Source of the DNA: SAR324 cluster bacterium
GTDB taxonomy: Bacteria; SAR324; XYD2-FULL-50-16
Direction of reading: 5' to 3'
NCBI GenBank assembly: GCA_033791585.1
Contig: JASJGK010000145.1
Coordinates: 1 to 53,541, forward strand
DNA length: 53,541 nt
This document shows, one piece after another, positions 20,324 through 30,321 of the stretch. Below the pieces are notes generated by a model. That model saw only the letters and a program-made list of their open reading frames with translations. It searched no databases and was not told the DNA's origin. How positions within the stretch are numbered: position 1 is the stretch's first letter; every line of letters starts with the position of its first letter. A program made the position numbers and the translations under genes.

Positions 20324-22099
20324 TTAATTCAAAGTAAATCGATTAGTGATCTCATTAAGAGATTGCGAAAGGGCATCAAACTCGGTGGCCTTGGTATTGA
20401 CAAGGGCACTGCCATTTGCTGTTTCCTTTGTTGCTAAAGCAATTTCGCTGATGTTACCAAAGACTTCGGACGAGGCTGTTTTAAGTTCTTCGGCATTTTT
20501 GGCAACGCCTCCAATTGCAGTATCCAATTCATTAATGTTCATTGCCACCTGGGAGGCAGCGCCTGACATCTCTGATACAAGTTGCGCCACTTCACCAACG
20601 GCAACGACAGATTCTTTAACATTTCCTAAAATATTTTTTGCAGAAATCGCCTGCTCCTGGGTGATAGCGTCGATCTTTTGGGATGAATCGCCAACTTGAT
20701 CAATGATGCCTGTCATCTTGGTAATGGACTCAACGGCTTTTTTTGTGTGTTCTTGGGTGCCTGCAATTTTGCCTGAAATGTTTTCAGCGGCCCCGGCACT
20801 CTGTTTTGCCAGTTCCTTAATCTCGTTGGCCACAACGGCAAACCCCTTTCCAGCATCGCCAGCACTTGCCGCTTCGATGTTTGCATTTAAAGCTAATAAA
20901 TTGGTTTGTTCTGCAATGACCTTGATCATTCCCGTTACATCGCCAATTTCTACAGCACTGGTGCTGAGTGTTTGCATGGCATTATTTACGCTGCTAGAAA
21001 GAACTCCTGCCTCATTTGCTATTTTAAAAGCGTCCGAGGCCATATGGGCCACGTTAGTGCTGTCTTTTGTGATCTTTTCAACTGAAGATTGAATGGACTC
21101 TAGATTGGCAGGCATCTCTGTGGCTGCGCTGGAAACAGAATCAATGTTTGAAGTCATCACCTCTGTGTTGCTGGCAACGGTGCTTACATTTGCGCTAACC
21201 TGGACAATTGCTGAGGCAACTGAGTCTAAATTTGCACCGATTTCCTCAGCTGCGGCGGCGATAACACCTGCTTGCACACTGACTTCTTCTGAGGAACTGC
21301 TCATCTGCGATGAGACGGCTGAAAGCTCTGAAGAGGCGGAGCTAAGAACTTTAGACTGACCTAAGAGTTGGGTCATGATCACGTTTATTTTAGCAGACAT
21401 CTCTAACATATTGGCAAAAAGCCCTTTGGGGTTCTTAGCATTTCTGGGTTTTAAGTCCCCTGAGGCAATTTCTTCAGCCAGTTTGGCCATGTCACTTGGC
21501 TCTCCGCCTAGAGTATTTATAATCTGAGAGGTAAGTACTAAAGCTGAGAGGATGCCTAAAAGGCTGCCCAGTACTAAGGTGAAAATTAATTTTTTCTCTG
21601 CCGTGGCTTTGGTTTCTTCTGCTTCGAGTTTAGCCTCAACAACTTCGGCCTGAATACTTTTGATGGTAATGCCGATGGCCTTTTCTGCTTCATCACCGAG
21701 GCCATCGATATCGTCATCCAGTTGCATTGTTAGCGTTTCTGTCATTGTACGGTTTATAACCGCAGGTATTAAAATGTTTTTGCCCATCTCGATTTCTTTT
21801 AAGATGTTGCCTATAACCAATTGGAGGTTTTTTCTTTCTAGTTCGGTGTCGGCGGCGGCAAGTAAGGTTTTTTGGTTATTGTTAATTAATTTTTCAAATT
21901 TATCTAACTCAGCCAGACGCTCGTCAGAAATCTTACCTTCATCCTTATCAATGATGATATCCATGAACAAAAGGGTTATATTTGTGAGCACATATCTCAG
22001 GTTATCCATTTCACGAAGCTGTTGGTATCTAATTTCGAGTTGTTCTGCGCTTTGCGTTAATTTGTTTTGCGTTTGGAATGAAATACCGACACTCATCAC
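20324..22099 (-). CDS. Methyl-accepting chemotaxis protein
   Basis: N-terminal TM, sensor region, second TM and HAMP. Invariant signalling hairpin [35 protein letters not shown]. Confidence 0.9.
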   Translation of the reverse strand: MMSVGISFQTQNKLTQSAEQLEIRYQQLREMDNLRYVLTNITLLFMDIIIDKDEGKISDERLAELDKFEKLINNNQKTLLAAADTELERKNLQLVIGNILKEIEMGKNILIPAVINRTMTETLTMQLDDDIDGLGDEAEKAIGITIKSIQAEVVEAKLEAEETKATAEKKLIFTLVLGSLLGILSALVLTSQIINTLGGEPSDMAKLAEEIASGDLKPRNAKNPKGLFANMLEMSAKINVIMTQLLGQSKVLSSASSELSAVSSQMSSSSEEVSVQAGVIAAAAEEIGANLDSVASAIVQVSANVSTVASNTEVMTSNIDSVSSAATEMPANLESIQSSVEKITKDSTNVAHMASDAFKIANEAGVLSSSVNNAMQTLSTSAVEIGDVTGMIKVIAEQTNLLALNANIEAASAGDAGKGFAVVANEIKELAKQSAGAAENISGKIAGTQEHTKKAVESITKMTGIIDQVGDSSQKIDAITQEQAISAKNILGNVKESVVAVGEVAQLVSEMSGAASQVAMNINELDTAIGGVAKNAEELKTASSEVFGNISEIALATKETANGSALVNTKATEFDALSQSLNEITNRFTLN

Positions 22100-22558
22100 A
22101 AATAATGCGATGACGACAAAAAACCAATCAAGGTTTTTGTTCTAATTTTTAAATTGTTCATGGATACCCTTTGGCTGGCTGAAGAAACAAAGTTTAATGG
22201 CGAAATACTATTTTTATAGTATAAGATAGGAATACTTAAAGTAAAGATACAAATGCTAGAAATAAATGTAAAAAACAATATTTCTTTTACTTAGCTTGTT
22301 AGCCTAGGTTTACCCTAATTGAGTAAACTTCTTAAAGGGTTTTTTTTTATTTTTTTTAAAACTAATATAGCTTGAGTTCATAAGGACTGACTTAGTTTTT
22401 CGCCTTAACTTGACTATCCTGCCCTGAAAACTAGGTTTTTAAATCCTTTGCATCCTGAATATTACGGTGATATCCTTATGGAGCAATTTTTCAAGCGTTG
22501 AATTTTCTGCTTCTAACGCCTTTTTTTTTGGAAGATGAAACTTTTTTTAAAAAAACTA

Positions 22559-22586
22559 TTGCATTTTTATATAGGTATATTAGAAT
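22559..22586 (+). promoter_or_regulatory. Candidate sigma70 promoter of the dsr operon (TTGCAT-N16-TAGAAT)
   Basis: -35 at 22559-22564 and -10 at 22581-22586, about 60 nt upstream of the dsrC ATG. It lies inside a 548-bp AT-rich intergenic region. Confidence 0.4.
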
Positions 22587-22647
22587 ATGCCAAAAAATGA
22601 ATTTAATTTATTGATTCTTTTTTCTAACCCCTTTTTTAAGAGTAGCC

Positions 22648-22983
22648 ATGAGTATGGAAGTAAACGGAGTGACAATCGAACTAGATGATGACGGTTATTT
22701 AATTGATCGAAACCAGTGGACCGAAGAAATTGCATCAGCTCTTGCTGAAACAGAAGATGTTGTGATGACTGACAAGCATTGGGAACTAATCAAGTTTTTA
22801 CGTTCTTATTACGAAGAATACCAAATTGCACCAATGATCAAAATTTTAGCCAAAGAAATTGCTAAGCTTTATGACATTGATAAAAGAGCCGGATCAAAAA
22901 TGCTATATGAGTTGTTTCCAAGTGGACCAGCCAAGCAAGCTTGTAAGGTTGCAGGATTACCTAAGCCTACTGGCTGTGTGTAA
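22648..22983 (+). CDS. dsrC: DsrC (sulfur-carrier substrate protein of DsrAB)
   Basis: 111 aa with the TusE/DsrC fold pattern. The C-terminal arm CKVAGLPKPTGCV carries both redox cysteines (penultimate Cys and a Cys 11 residues upstream), which distinguishes DsrC from TusE/RspA-type homologues. Confidence 0.9.
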   Translation: MSMEVNGVTIELDDDGYLIDRNQWTEEIASALAETEDVVMTDKHWELIKFLRSYYEEYQIAPMIKILAKEIAKLYDIDKRAGSKMLYELFPSGPAKQACKVAGLPKPTGCV

Positions 22984-23022
22984 AATTATTTAATTAACAT
23001 AGATCACAAGATTTAAGGAGAA

Positions 23023-24210
23023 ATGATGGCAGAAAGTGAAACTCCTCTCTTAGATGAGCTTTTAAAGGGCAAATGGCCTAGCTTTATCAAAGAGATGAAA
23101 GACATGGCTGACACAAAGCCCATGGTACGTGACGTACTAAGGCAACTGGAACAGTCATACAGAGACAAAAAAACCCACTGGAAGCATGGTGGTATTGTTG
23201 GTGTTAAAGGTTACGGCGGTGGTATCATCGGTCGTTACTCTGACTCACCTGAAAAATTTCCAGGTGCGGCGCACTTTCACACTGTTAGAGTTAACCAGCC
23301 TGCTGGTTGGTTTTACAGCTCCGAAGCTCTTCGTGAACTATGTGATATATTTGAAAAATACGGTTCTGGTTTAACCAACATGCATGGTTCCACTGGTGAC
23401 ATTATTCTTCTAGGAACTACTACTGATGAATTAGAACCAATCTTTTCAGCTTTGACTGAAAAAGGCTGGGATTTAGGTGGTTCTGGTTCTGCTTTAAGAA
23501 CTCCTTCTTGCTGCGTTGGACCTGCAAGATGCGAATGGGCAATGTTCGATTGCTTAGACGTTTGTCACGAGTTGACTCACTTTTACCAAGATGAAATCCA
23601 TCGCCCTGCATTCCCTTACAAATTTAAAATTAAAGTATCTGGCTGCCCTAACGATTGTGTTTCTGCAATCGCTAGATCTGACTTTTCCATTATCGGAACT
23701 TGGAAAGATGATATCATCATCGACCAAGAAGAAATGAGAAAATACCACGCAGAAGGTAAAGACATTTTAAGAAGTGCCGTTATGCTTTGCCCAACTCGTG
23801 CTATCGAGTGGGATGGTGAAAACATTGAAATTGACAATGAAAACTGTGTTCGTTGTATGCAATGTATCAACGCATTTCCAAAGGGCTTAGCTCCAGGAAA
23901 CGTACGTGGTGCCACTATTTTACTTGGGTCAAAAGCACCAATTGTGCAGGGCGCATTATTTAGTTCTGTTTTGATTCCTTTTATGGAAATCGAAGAAGGC
24001 TATGCTGAAATCAAAGATGTTCTAGAAAGAGTTTGGGATGTTTGGGATGATCACGGCGAAAATAAAGAAAGAATCGGTGAATTAGTAGAAAGAATGGGTA
24101 AAGGTGAATTCCTTGAGCAAGTTGGAATCGAGCCTGACGTTCAGATGGTATGCCACCCAAGAGAAAATCCCTATGTATTCTATGATGAATACCTAGAAGA
24201 AGAAGATTAA
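23023..24210 (+). CDS. dsrA: Dissimilatory sulfite reductase alpha subunit
   Basis: Blocks [83 protein letters not shown]. Ferredoxin insert CPTRAI...CVRCMQCIN. The second ATG at 23026 has better SD spacing (AAGGAG at 23015-23020). Confidence 0.95.
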   Translation: MMAESETPLLDELLKGKWPSFIKEMKDMADTKPMVRDVLRQLEQSYRDKKTHWKHGGIVGVKGYGGGIIGRYSDSPEKFPGAAHFHTVRVNQPAGWFYSSEALRELCDIFEKYGSGLTNMHGSTGDIILLGTTTDELEPIFSALTEKGWDLGGSGSALRTPSCCVGPARCEWAMFDCLDVCHELTHFYQDEIHRPAFPYKFKIKVSGCPNDCVSAIARSDFSIIGTWKDDIIIDQEEMRKYHAEGKDILRSAVMLCPTRAIEWDGENIEIDNENCVRCMQCINAFPKGLAPGNVRGATILLGSKAPIVQGALFSSVLIPFMEIEEGYAEIKDVLERVWDVWDDHGENKERIGELVERMGKGEFLEQVGIEPDVQMVCHPRENPYVFYDEYLEEED

Positions 24211-24234
24211 CGGAACAACTGGTTTAAGGAAAAA

Positions 24235-25308
24235 ATGAACGCTAGAAAAACAGATATCGGGTGTCCCGATTATAAGAAATTTTTACCGCCTGTTGTCCAT
24301 GCCAACTATGGCAAGTGGAAGTATCATGAGGTGTTAAAGCCTGGTGTAACTGTACACGTTGGTCACTCAGGTGATAAGTTATTTACCGTAAGAGTAGGTA
24401 GCCCACGACTTTTAAGTGTAAAATCAATCAGATTCTTCTGCGATATGGCAGATAAGTATTGTGAAGGATTTTTACGTTTTACTTCAAGAAGTAACATTGA
24501 GATGTTAACTGCTACAGAAGAAAACATCGAGCCTATGATCAAAGAGATCGAAGCTGCTGGATGGCCTGTTGGCGGAACTGCAAACTCAATCTCAAACATT
24601 ATTCACACACAAGGTTGGGTGCATTGTCACACTTCTGCAACTGATGCCTCTGGTTTGGTAAAATCAGTGATGGATGACTTGTATGATGATTTTGTTTCTC
24701 ATGGTGTCCCAGGACGTTTAAAGCTAGCTGTTGCCTGTTGTCTAAACATGTGTGGCGCTGTACACGCTTCTGATATCGCTATTTTAGGTATCCACCGTCG
24801 CCCACCAAAGGTAGACAGTGAAGCCTTAACTAACTTCTGTGAAATCCCAACAACAATTGCTGCCTGCCCAACTGGCGCGATTCGAGCTGACATCACTGAA
24901 GATGGTCAAAAGACACTAAAAATTAATGAGTCACAGTGTATGTACTGTGGTGCTTGTTACACAGCTTGCCCTAAGTTACCAATTGCTGATGCGTTAAACG
25001 ACGGTCTTTCAATTTGGGTTGGTGGTAAATGTGCAAATGCTCGTAGTATCCCTCAGTTTACAAAGATGGTAGTGCCTTGGATTCCTAACAATCCACCTCG
25101 CTGGCCTGAAGTTGTTGAAGCTGTTCGGACTATTGTAGATGTTTACAAAGAACATGGTAAACCTTGGGAGAGAATGGCTGATATGATTGATCGTATTGGT
25201 TGGGCTCGTTTCTTTAAGCTTACAGGCTTTGAGTTTACTAAGTACCATATTGACGATTATAAACTGGCTACTAAAAGCTTTAACGCATCCATGCACTTAC
25301 GTTTTTAG
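24235..25308 (+). CDS. dsrB: Dissimilatory sulfite reductase beta subunit
   Basis: 357 aa, directly after dsrA. Sulfite-reductase hemoprotein fold with Cys clusters ([18 protein letters not shown]). Ferredoxin insert CPTGAI...[12 protein letters not shown]. Confidence 0.95.
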   Translation: MNARKTDIGCPDYKKFLPPVVHANYGKWKYHEVLKPGVTVHVGHSGDKLFTVRVGSPRLLSVKSIRFFCDMADKYCEGFLRFTSRSNIEMLTATEENIEPMIKEIEAAGWPVGGTANSISNIIHTQGWVHCHTSATDASGLVKSVMDDLYDDFVSHGVPGRLKLAVACCLNMCGAVHASDIAILGIHRRPPKVDSEALTNFCEIPTTIAACPTGAIRADITEDGQKTLKINESQCMYCGACYTACPKLPIADALNDGLSIWVGGKCANARSIPQFTKMVVPWIPNNPPRWPEVVEAVRTIVDVYKEHGKPWERMADMIDRIGWARFFKLTGFEFTKYHIDDYKLATKSFNASMHLRF

Positions 25309-25317
25309 GAGAACTAA

Positions 25318-25563
25318 ATGGCAGTTGAAACTCAAACAATCGCTGACGCTATGTTAGCAATGGTTGTAGAAGCAGCGGGTAAAAAAAGATATAAGCCCGG
25401 TGACTTATCCAAAGCTATGATTAAGCAATTTGGTGAAGATGTTAGCAAAAGAGACTGTAAAGACGCGATTCGTATCTTAGTTGATGGCGAAAAGTTGGTT
25501 TACACTTATTTTAACGGAACTTGGTTGGAAATTCCTCACGAGGAAGGCTCAGCTAAGTCATAA
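25318..25563 (+). CDS. dsrD: DsrD-like small winged-helix protein
   Basis: 81 aa, 9 bp after dsrB with SD AGGAG, which is the canonical dsrD position. GKKRYKPGDLSK...VSKRDCKDAIRILVDGEKLVYTYFNGTWLE parallels Desulfovibrio DsrD as I recall it (KSKFYFNDF...KQREVKKILTALVNDEVLEYWSSGSTTMY). Divergent. Confidence 0.6.
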   Translation: MAVETQTIADAMLAMVVEAAGKKRYKPGDLSKAMIKQFGEDVSKRDCKDAIRILVDGEKLVYTYFNGTWLEIPHEEGSAKS

Positions 25564-25576
25564 ACAGGTATTAGAT

Positions 25577-25942
25577 ATGTTTACAATTACTGAAAAAGCT
25601 GCAGAGCAGTTTTCAGCAGCAAAGGCTGGCATGAATGAAGAAGGCCTTGCATTAAGGCTTACCGCTCGTCGTGATCCTGTCGTTGGTATTGAATACAATA
25701 TGGGATTTGACACAGCAAAAGAGAATGATAAGAAATACAATCTCTTGGGTGTTGATTTTCTTTTGGATTCTGAAACTGATGTGAATATAGACAAAACCGT
25801 TATTGATTTTGGGCCACTTGATGGTGGCTCTGATCAATTTATTTTCTTCAACCCACAAGATGCGAAAGAAACAAGAGACGCTGCTACCTGTAGCACAACT
25901 CCTGGTTCTGACTCTTGCGGGACTGGATGCTCTTGTTCCTAA
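25577..25942 (+). CDS. HesB/IscA-like (A-type carrier fold) protein with an atypical C-terminal Cys cluster
   Basis: MFTITEKAAEQF...GLALRLTARRD...YNMGFD...DFLLDSET...IDF matches the HesB/IscA pattern, but the first conserved Cys (GCSG position) is absent. The tail is CSTTPGSDSCGTGCSCS. Start at ATG 25577. Its TAA overlaps the next ATG (TAATG at 25940-25944). Confidence 0.6.
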   Translation: MFTITEKAAEQFSAAKAGMNEEGLALRLTARRDPVVGIEYNMGFDTAKENDKKYNLLGVDFLLDSETDVNIDKTVIDFGPLDGGSDQFIFFNPQDAKETRDAATCSTTPGSDSCGTGCSCS

Positions 25943-26454
25943 TGAACCCTCAAACTCATCTGGAATCCAAAAAGTCTGAGATCGTCCTACAGTGGCGGTC
26001 TCAGGTTTTTTCTCTTTACGGAGAAGAATCCAAAAAAATCTTAAAAAGAAACAAAGCAGAGTATCTAAACCCAATGGGTGCAAGGTTTTCAACAAGCTTT
26101 GAAGAATTGTTTGAATGTGTTTTGACACGTGCAGGCAAAGACCAACTTGACCCTATCTTAGAGCAGGTAATTCGCTTTACTGCTGTTCAAGAAGGAACCC
26201 CCTCTAGCTCTTTAAATTTTTTGTTTGTCTTGAAGAAGATTGTAAATAAAGAATTGGAATCAGCTGGAATTACTGAGATTGATAGTAGCCTCAATACCTA
26301 CTTTGATCGCCTGATTAAATTCGGAATTGACCATCTTGTGGCCTCAAGAGAATTTATCGCAAAATTAAAAGTCGAAGAAATGGAGAGAAAAACCTATTCT
26401 TTGATCAAACTTCTAAATAGTCAAAAACCACCTATCCTCGAAGGAGAAGCTTGA
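25942..26454 (+). CDS. dsrT: DsrT (RsbRD N-terminal-domain protein)
   Basis: 170 aa immediately upstream of dsrM. W..QVF..Y......L.....EYLNPMG resembles the RsbRD_N/DsrT signature (F.NPVG). Translationally coupled on both sides. Confidence 0.6.
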   Translation: MNPQTHLESKKSEIVLQWRSQVFSLYGEESKKILKRNKAEYLNPMGARFSTSFEELFECVLTRAGKDQLDPILEQVIRFTAVQEGTPSSSLNFLFVLKKIVNKELESAGITEIDSSLNTYFDRLIKFGIDHLVASREFIAKLKVEEMERKTYSLIKLLNSQKPPILEGEA

Positions 26455-27527
26455 AAGTTATCGTACCCCTTATTTTAGTAGGGTTTCTCGCTCAAGTAGC
26501 ACACTTTGGAACTAGTACCTTTGGCCTTCATAGCCTTTTTGGTATCTGGATTCCCTACTTTGCTTTTATCGTATTTTTAACAGGTTTTGTTTATAAAATT
26601 TTAGATTGGGCAAAATCACCAGTACCCTTTTCTATTGTTACAACAGCTGGCCAAGCCAAGTCATTAGACTGGATTCCAGCCAACAACCTTGAAGCACCCC
26701 ATAACACCATGGGAGTCGTTCTCCGTATGGCTTTGGAAGTTTTATTTTTCCGCTCTTTATTCCGCGGGACTAAAGCACATATGTCTGAGGGACCAAGGTT
26801 AACCTATACTTCTGACAAGCTACTTTGGCTTGGCGGCATGGCCTTCCATTGGTCAATGTTAATTATTCTACTTAGACACTACCGATTTTTTATTGATCCA
26901 GTTCCAGGATTTGTAACAGCCATTGAAGCTGTTGATGGATTTTTTGAAATCATTGTCCATAGCCCTATTCACGACGTAACTCTACCGGGTCTCTTTATTA
27001 CCGACTTGTTAATTTTGGCCTCTGTTGGCTTTTTGTTATCTCGAAGGTTGTTAGACCCTAAAGTAAAGTTCATGTCTTTACTCCAAGATTATTTCCCTCT
27101 TTTCATGATTCTAGCCATTTCCATTAGTGGTATTCAAATGCGCTATTTGACTAAGGTGGATATTGTTGGTGTAAAAAACTTGATTCAGTCTATTACGCAC
27201 TTTGCGCCTGATAGCTCCATTACAGTGGGGCCTATTTTTTATGTGCATATCTTTTTAGTTTCTGTTTTTGCAATGTACTTCCCTTTTTCAAAGTTGATGC
27301 ATGCTGGTGGGGTCTTTTTTAGCCCAACAAGAAACATGAAGAACAACACTCGTGAAGTACGTCACATCAACCCTTGGAACCCTGATATTAAAATTCGGAC
27401 TTACATGGAATATGAAGATGATTACCGAGACAAAATGAAAGCTGCTGGGTTGCCTCTAGAAGTTCAGCCTGCACCAAAAGAAACAGCCCCAAAAGCTGAG
27501 CCAGTAAAGGAGAAAAAAGATGAGTAA
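26451..27527 (+). CDS. dsrM: DsrM (NarI-like dihaem b membrane subunit)
   Basis: TTG start overlapping the dsrT stop (TTGA). Multi-TM with SPVPFSIVTTAGQAKSL and EVLFFRSLFRGTK blocks typical of DsrM/HmeC. Confidence 0.85.
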   Translation: MKVIVPLILVGFLAQVAHFGTSTFGLHSLFGIWIPYFAFIVFLTGFVYKILDWAKSPVPFSIVTTAGQAKSLDWIPANNLEAPHNTMGVVLRMALEVLFFRSLFRGTKAHMSEGPRLTYTSDKLLWLGGMAFHWSMLIILLRHYRFFIDPVPGFVTAIEAVDGFFEIIVHSPIHDVTLPGLFITDLLILASVGFLLSRRLLDPKVKFMSLLQDYFPLFMILAISISGIQMRYLTKVDIVGVKNLIQSITHFAPDSSITVGPIFYVHIFLVSVFAMYFPFSKLMHAGGVFFSPTRNMKNNTREVRHINPWNPDIKIRTYMEYEDDYRDKMKAAGLPLEVQPAPKETAPKAEPVKEKKDE

Positions 27528-29157
27528 GTATGCTCCTGATCCAAAGGATATGGCCGCCGAGATGGGCGCTGATTACCTGACTAAAGATCTGAAAGGTAAA
27601 CAAGAAAACTGGATGGAAACGGTTCCCCAGTTTAAAGACGGAAACTGGTGTTATGCACCTGCTCCCGAAGTAGTTGAGTCCTTAGGTTTACCTCACGGAA
27701 GAAAGTGGAGCCCCATTGATGATGATTGGGATCTGCCGGAAAACTTTAAAGAAATAGTTCATGAAGGCATCAAAGAAAGACTAGGTAAAAACCGAGCTTT
27801 CAAGCTTTTTATGGATACTTGTGTGCGCTGTGGTGCATGTGCCGATAAATGCCATTTCTTTTTGGGTACAGGTGACGCTAAAAACATGCCTGTCATGCGT
27901 GCCGAATTGATGAGATCTGTTTATCGAGGTGATTTTACCTTGGCTGGCAAGATCATGAAAAAAATGGTCGGTGGTCGTGAACTGACTCCTGATGTTATCA
28001 AAGAATGGTATTCTTACTTTTACCAGTGTACCGAATGTAGACGTTGTAGTGTCTTTTGCCCTTATGGGATTGATACTGCTGAAATCACTATGATGGCCCG
28101 CGAAATACTAAACCTGATTGGTGTAAATCTAAATTGGATTTTAAAACCTGCAAGCGATTGTAACAGAACTGGTAACCACTTAGGGATTGAGCCTCATACC
28201 TTTGTTCAGGTTGTTGAGTCCTTGTGTGACGATATTGAAGACATTACAGGCATCACTATTGAGCCTAGCTTTAACCGTAAAGGGGCTGAAGTTTTATTTA
28301 TAACCCCATCGGGTGATGCTTTTGCTGAACCGGGTATCTACACGATGATGGGTTATATGCTGCTTTTTGAGCATATTGGTCTGGATTATACCTTTTCGAC
28401 CTATGCGAGTGAAGGTGGTAACTTTGGTCTCTTCACAGGTAATGAAGTGATGAAAAAACTCAATGCTAAGATGTACCATGAGGCCGAGCGCCTTGGGGTG
28501 AAGTTTATCATTGGTGGAGAATGTGGCCACATGTGGCGAGTTGTACACCAGTATATGGATACCATGAACGGGCCTGCACCTTTCTTAGATGTACCTGTCT
28601 CCCCGATAACGGGAACGGTATTTGAAAATGCAAAGTCCACTAAAATGGTCCACATCGCTGAATTTACAGCCGACTTAATTAAACATGGCAAGTTGAACCT
28701 TGACCCAAGTCGCAACGATCATTTTAATGTTACCTTTCACGATTCCTGTAATACTGCACGAGGTATGGGAATGCTTGAAGAACCAAGGTACATATTAAAC
28801 AATGTTTTAAATAACTTTCATGAAATGCCAGAAAAAACCATTAAGGAGCTAACATTCTGTTGTGGTTCTGGTTCGGGTTTGAATACAGAAGAATACATGG
28901 ATGTCAGGATGAGAGGCGGCTTTGCACGTGCAAGCGCTGTTGAACATGTTGCCAAAAAACACGGGGTTAATACCTTGACTGCTGTTTGCGCCATTGACCG
29001 TGTAACTTTAACGGCTGCCATGAAATATTGGGTGCCAGGTGTGCAAGTTTCTGGTCTCCATGAACTTGTTGGTAACGCCCTAATTATGGAAGGTGAAAAA
29101 GAGCGTGATGAAGACTTACGTGAAGAACCCTTGGCAGGTGTGGAGGACGACGAATGA
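27520..29157 (+). CDS. dsrK: DsrK (HdrD-like catalytic FeS subunit)
   Basis: Ferredoxin motifs CVRCGACADKC and CTECRRCSVFCP. CCG-domain cysteines (FHDSCNTARG, TFCCGSGSG). 8-bp overlap with dsrM. Confidence 0.9.
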   Translation: MSKYAPDPKDMAAEMGADYLTKDLKGKQENWMETVPQFKDGNWCYAPAPEVVESLGLPHGRKWSPIDDDWDLPENFKEIVHEGIKERLGKNRAFKLFMDTCVRCGACADKCHFFLGTGDAKNMPVMRAELMRSVYRGDFTLAGKIMKKMVGGRELTPDVIKEWYSYFYQCTECRRCSVFCPYGIDTAEITMMAREILNLIGVNLNWILKPASDCNRTGNHLGIEPHTFVQVVESLCDDIEDITGITIEPSFNRKGAEVLFITPSGDAFAEPGIYTMMGYMLLFEHIGLDYTFSTYASEGGNFGLFTGNEVMKKLNAKMYHEAERLGVKFIIGGECGHMWRVVHQYMDTMNGPAPFLDVPVSPITGTVFENAKSTKMVHIAEFTADLIKHGKLNLDPSRNDHFNVTFHDSCNTARGMGMLEEPRYILNNVLNNFHEMPEKTIKELTFCCGSGSGLNTEEYMDVRMRGGFARASAVEHVAKKHGVNTLTAVCAIDRVTLTAAMKYWVPGVQVSGLHELVGNALIMEGEKERDEDLREEPLAGVEDDE

Positions 29158-29537
29158 TTTATAATAAAGCAGTTGTAATCCCAGTCCTGATCATTTTTGT
29201 GGCCTTAATTACCTTTCCTTTTTGGAAGGGTGGTTTACCCCATAAACCAGCTCCCAAAATTGCAGTTCAGACAGATGTAAAATGTGTGGAGTCAGCGGAG
29301 TGGATGCGGGCTAACCATATGAAACTTTTAGATGAATGGCGGCATTCAGTGGTTCGTGAACAGAACCGTGAATACACTTCAACAGCGACTGGCAAGGTTT
29401 TTAATAAGAGTTTGGTTAACACCTGTCTCGATTGCCATTCGAATAAGTCAGAATTTTGTGATAGTTGCCACACTTACGCCTCTGTGAAGCTGAATTGTTT
29501 TGGCTGTCACGTAAACCCTGAGATGCTAAAAGAATGA
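29154..29537 (+). CDS. dsrJ: DsrJ (trihaem cytochrome c)
   Basis: Signal anchor plus three CxxCH motifs (CLDCH, CDSCH, CFGCH). An upstream Cys (KCVES) could be the unusual Cys haem ligand. ATGA overlap with dsrK. Confidence 0.85.
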   Translation: MIYNKAVVIPVLIIFVALITFPFWKGGLPHKPAPKIAVQTDVKCVESAEWMRANHMKLLDEWRHSVVREQNREYTSTATGKVFNKSLVNTCLDCHSNKSEFCDSCHTYASVKLNCFGCHVNPEMLKE

Positions 29538-30316
29538 AAAAGGAACGACGAGATTTTATCAAACAGGCAGGCTTTGTAGGTGCTGCTGTTGTGACAGGTG
29601 GCGCTGCTGTTGTTACTAGTGGGATTTTAGCCCCTACTACGGCGAATGCAAGCTCAGGTCACGAGGTCACTGATTCAGACCAACCTCGCTTGGGGATGGT
29701 TATTGATATGACCAAGTGTAAAGAAGAGTGCAACGATTGTAGTGATATTTGCCACTCTGTGCATAATGTTCCAGACCATGGAAATCCTAAAGACGAGATC
29801 AAATGGATCTGGAAAAATGAATATGAAAGGGTCTTTACTGATAAGTCCCACCAATATGTGTCTCAAGACTTAAAACAAAAGCCTTTCCTCACCATGTGTA
29901 ACCACTGTGACGACCCCCCTTGCGTGAAAGTATGCCCCACCAACGCTACCTTTAAACGTAACGATGGCATTGTGCAAATGGACTTTCACCGCTGTATTGG
30001 TTGCCGTTTTTGTATGGCTGGCTGCCCTTATGGTTCCAGATCTTTTAACTGGATTGAGCCGAGACCTGCAATTAAAGAAATCGATTCAAGTTTTCCAACC
30101 CGCGAAAGGGGCGTTGTGGAAAAGTGTAACTTTTGTGCAGAATTAATAGACAAGGGCGAAAAACCTGCCTGTGTCACGACCTGTAAAGAAGGCGCATTGA
30201 TATTCGGTGATTTAAACGATCCCAACTCGGAAATTCGAAAAGTCTTAGAGACAACAAAAACGATCCAACGCAAACCTGGACTCGGCACTAAGCCTAGCGT
30301 CTTTTACGTGGTATAA
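29534..30316 (+). CDS. dsrO: DsrO (Tat-exported FeS ferredoxin subunit)
   Basis: Twin-arginine signal [12 protein letters not shown]. PsrB/NrfC-like Cys clusters ([30 protein letters not shown]...CVTTC). ATGA overlap with dsrJ. Confidence 0.85.
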   Translation: MKKERRDFIKQAGFVGAAVVTGGAAVVTSGILAPTTANASSGHEVTDSDQPRLGMVIDMTKCKEECNDCSDICHSVHNVPDHGNPKDEIKWIWKNEYERVFTDKSHQYVSQDLKQKPFLTMCNHCDDPPCVKVCPTNATFKRNDGIVQMDFHRCIGCRFCMAGCPYGSRSFNWIEPRPAIKEIDSSFPTRERGVVEKCNFCAELIDKGEKPACVTTCKEGALIFGDLNDPNSEIRKVLETTKTIQRKPGLGTKPSVFYVV

Positions 30317-30321
30317 TTACA

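Noticed and set aside
20346-21359. Three consecutive + strand ORFs (117, 129 and 88 aa) antisense to the MCP gene
   Set aside because: These are shadow ORFs typical of Ala/Ser/Thr-rich MCP coding sequence. They have no start context or motifs, and the MCP frame carries the invariant signalling hairpin.
25481-25576. Upstream extension of the HesB-like ORF (track start 25481) overlapping dsrD by 83 bp
   Set aside because: The extension is out of frame inside dsrD and lacks any HesB similarity. The ATG at 25577 follows the dsrD stop by 13 nt and begins the conserved MFTITEKA N-terminus.
25652-26128. 158-aa minus-strand ORF across the HesB-like/dsrT junction
   Set aside because: It is antisense to two translationally coupled genes in a uniformly + strand operon, with no recognisable motifs.
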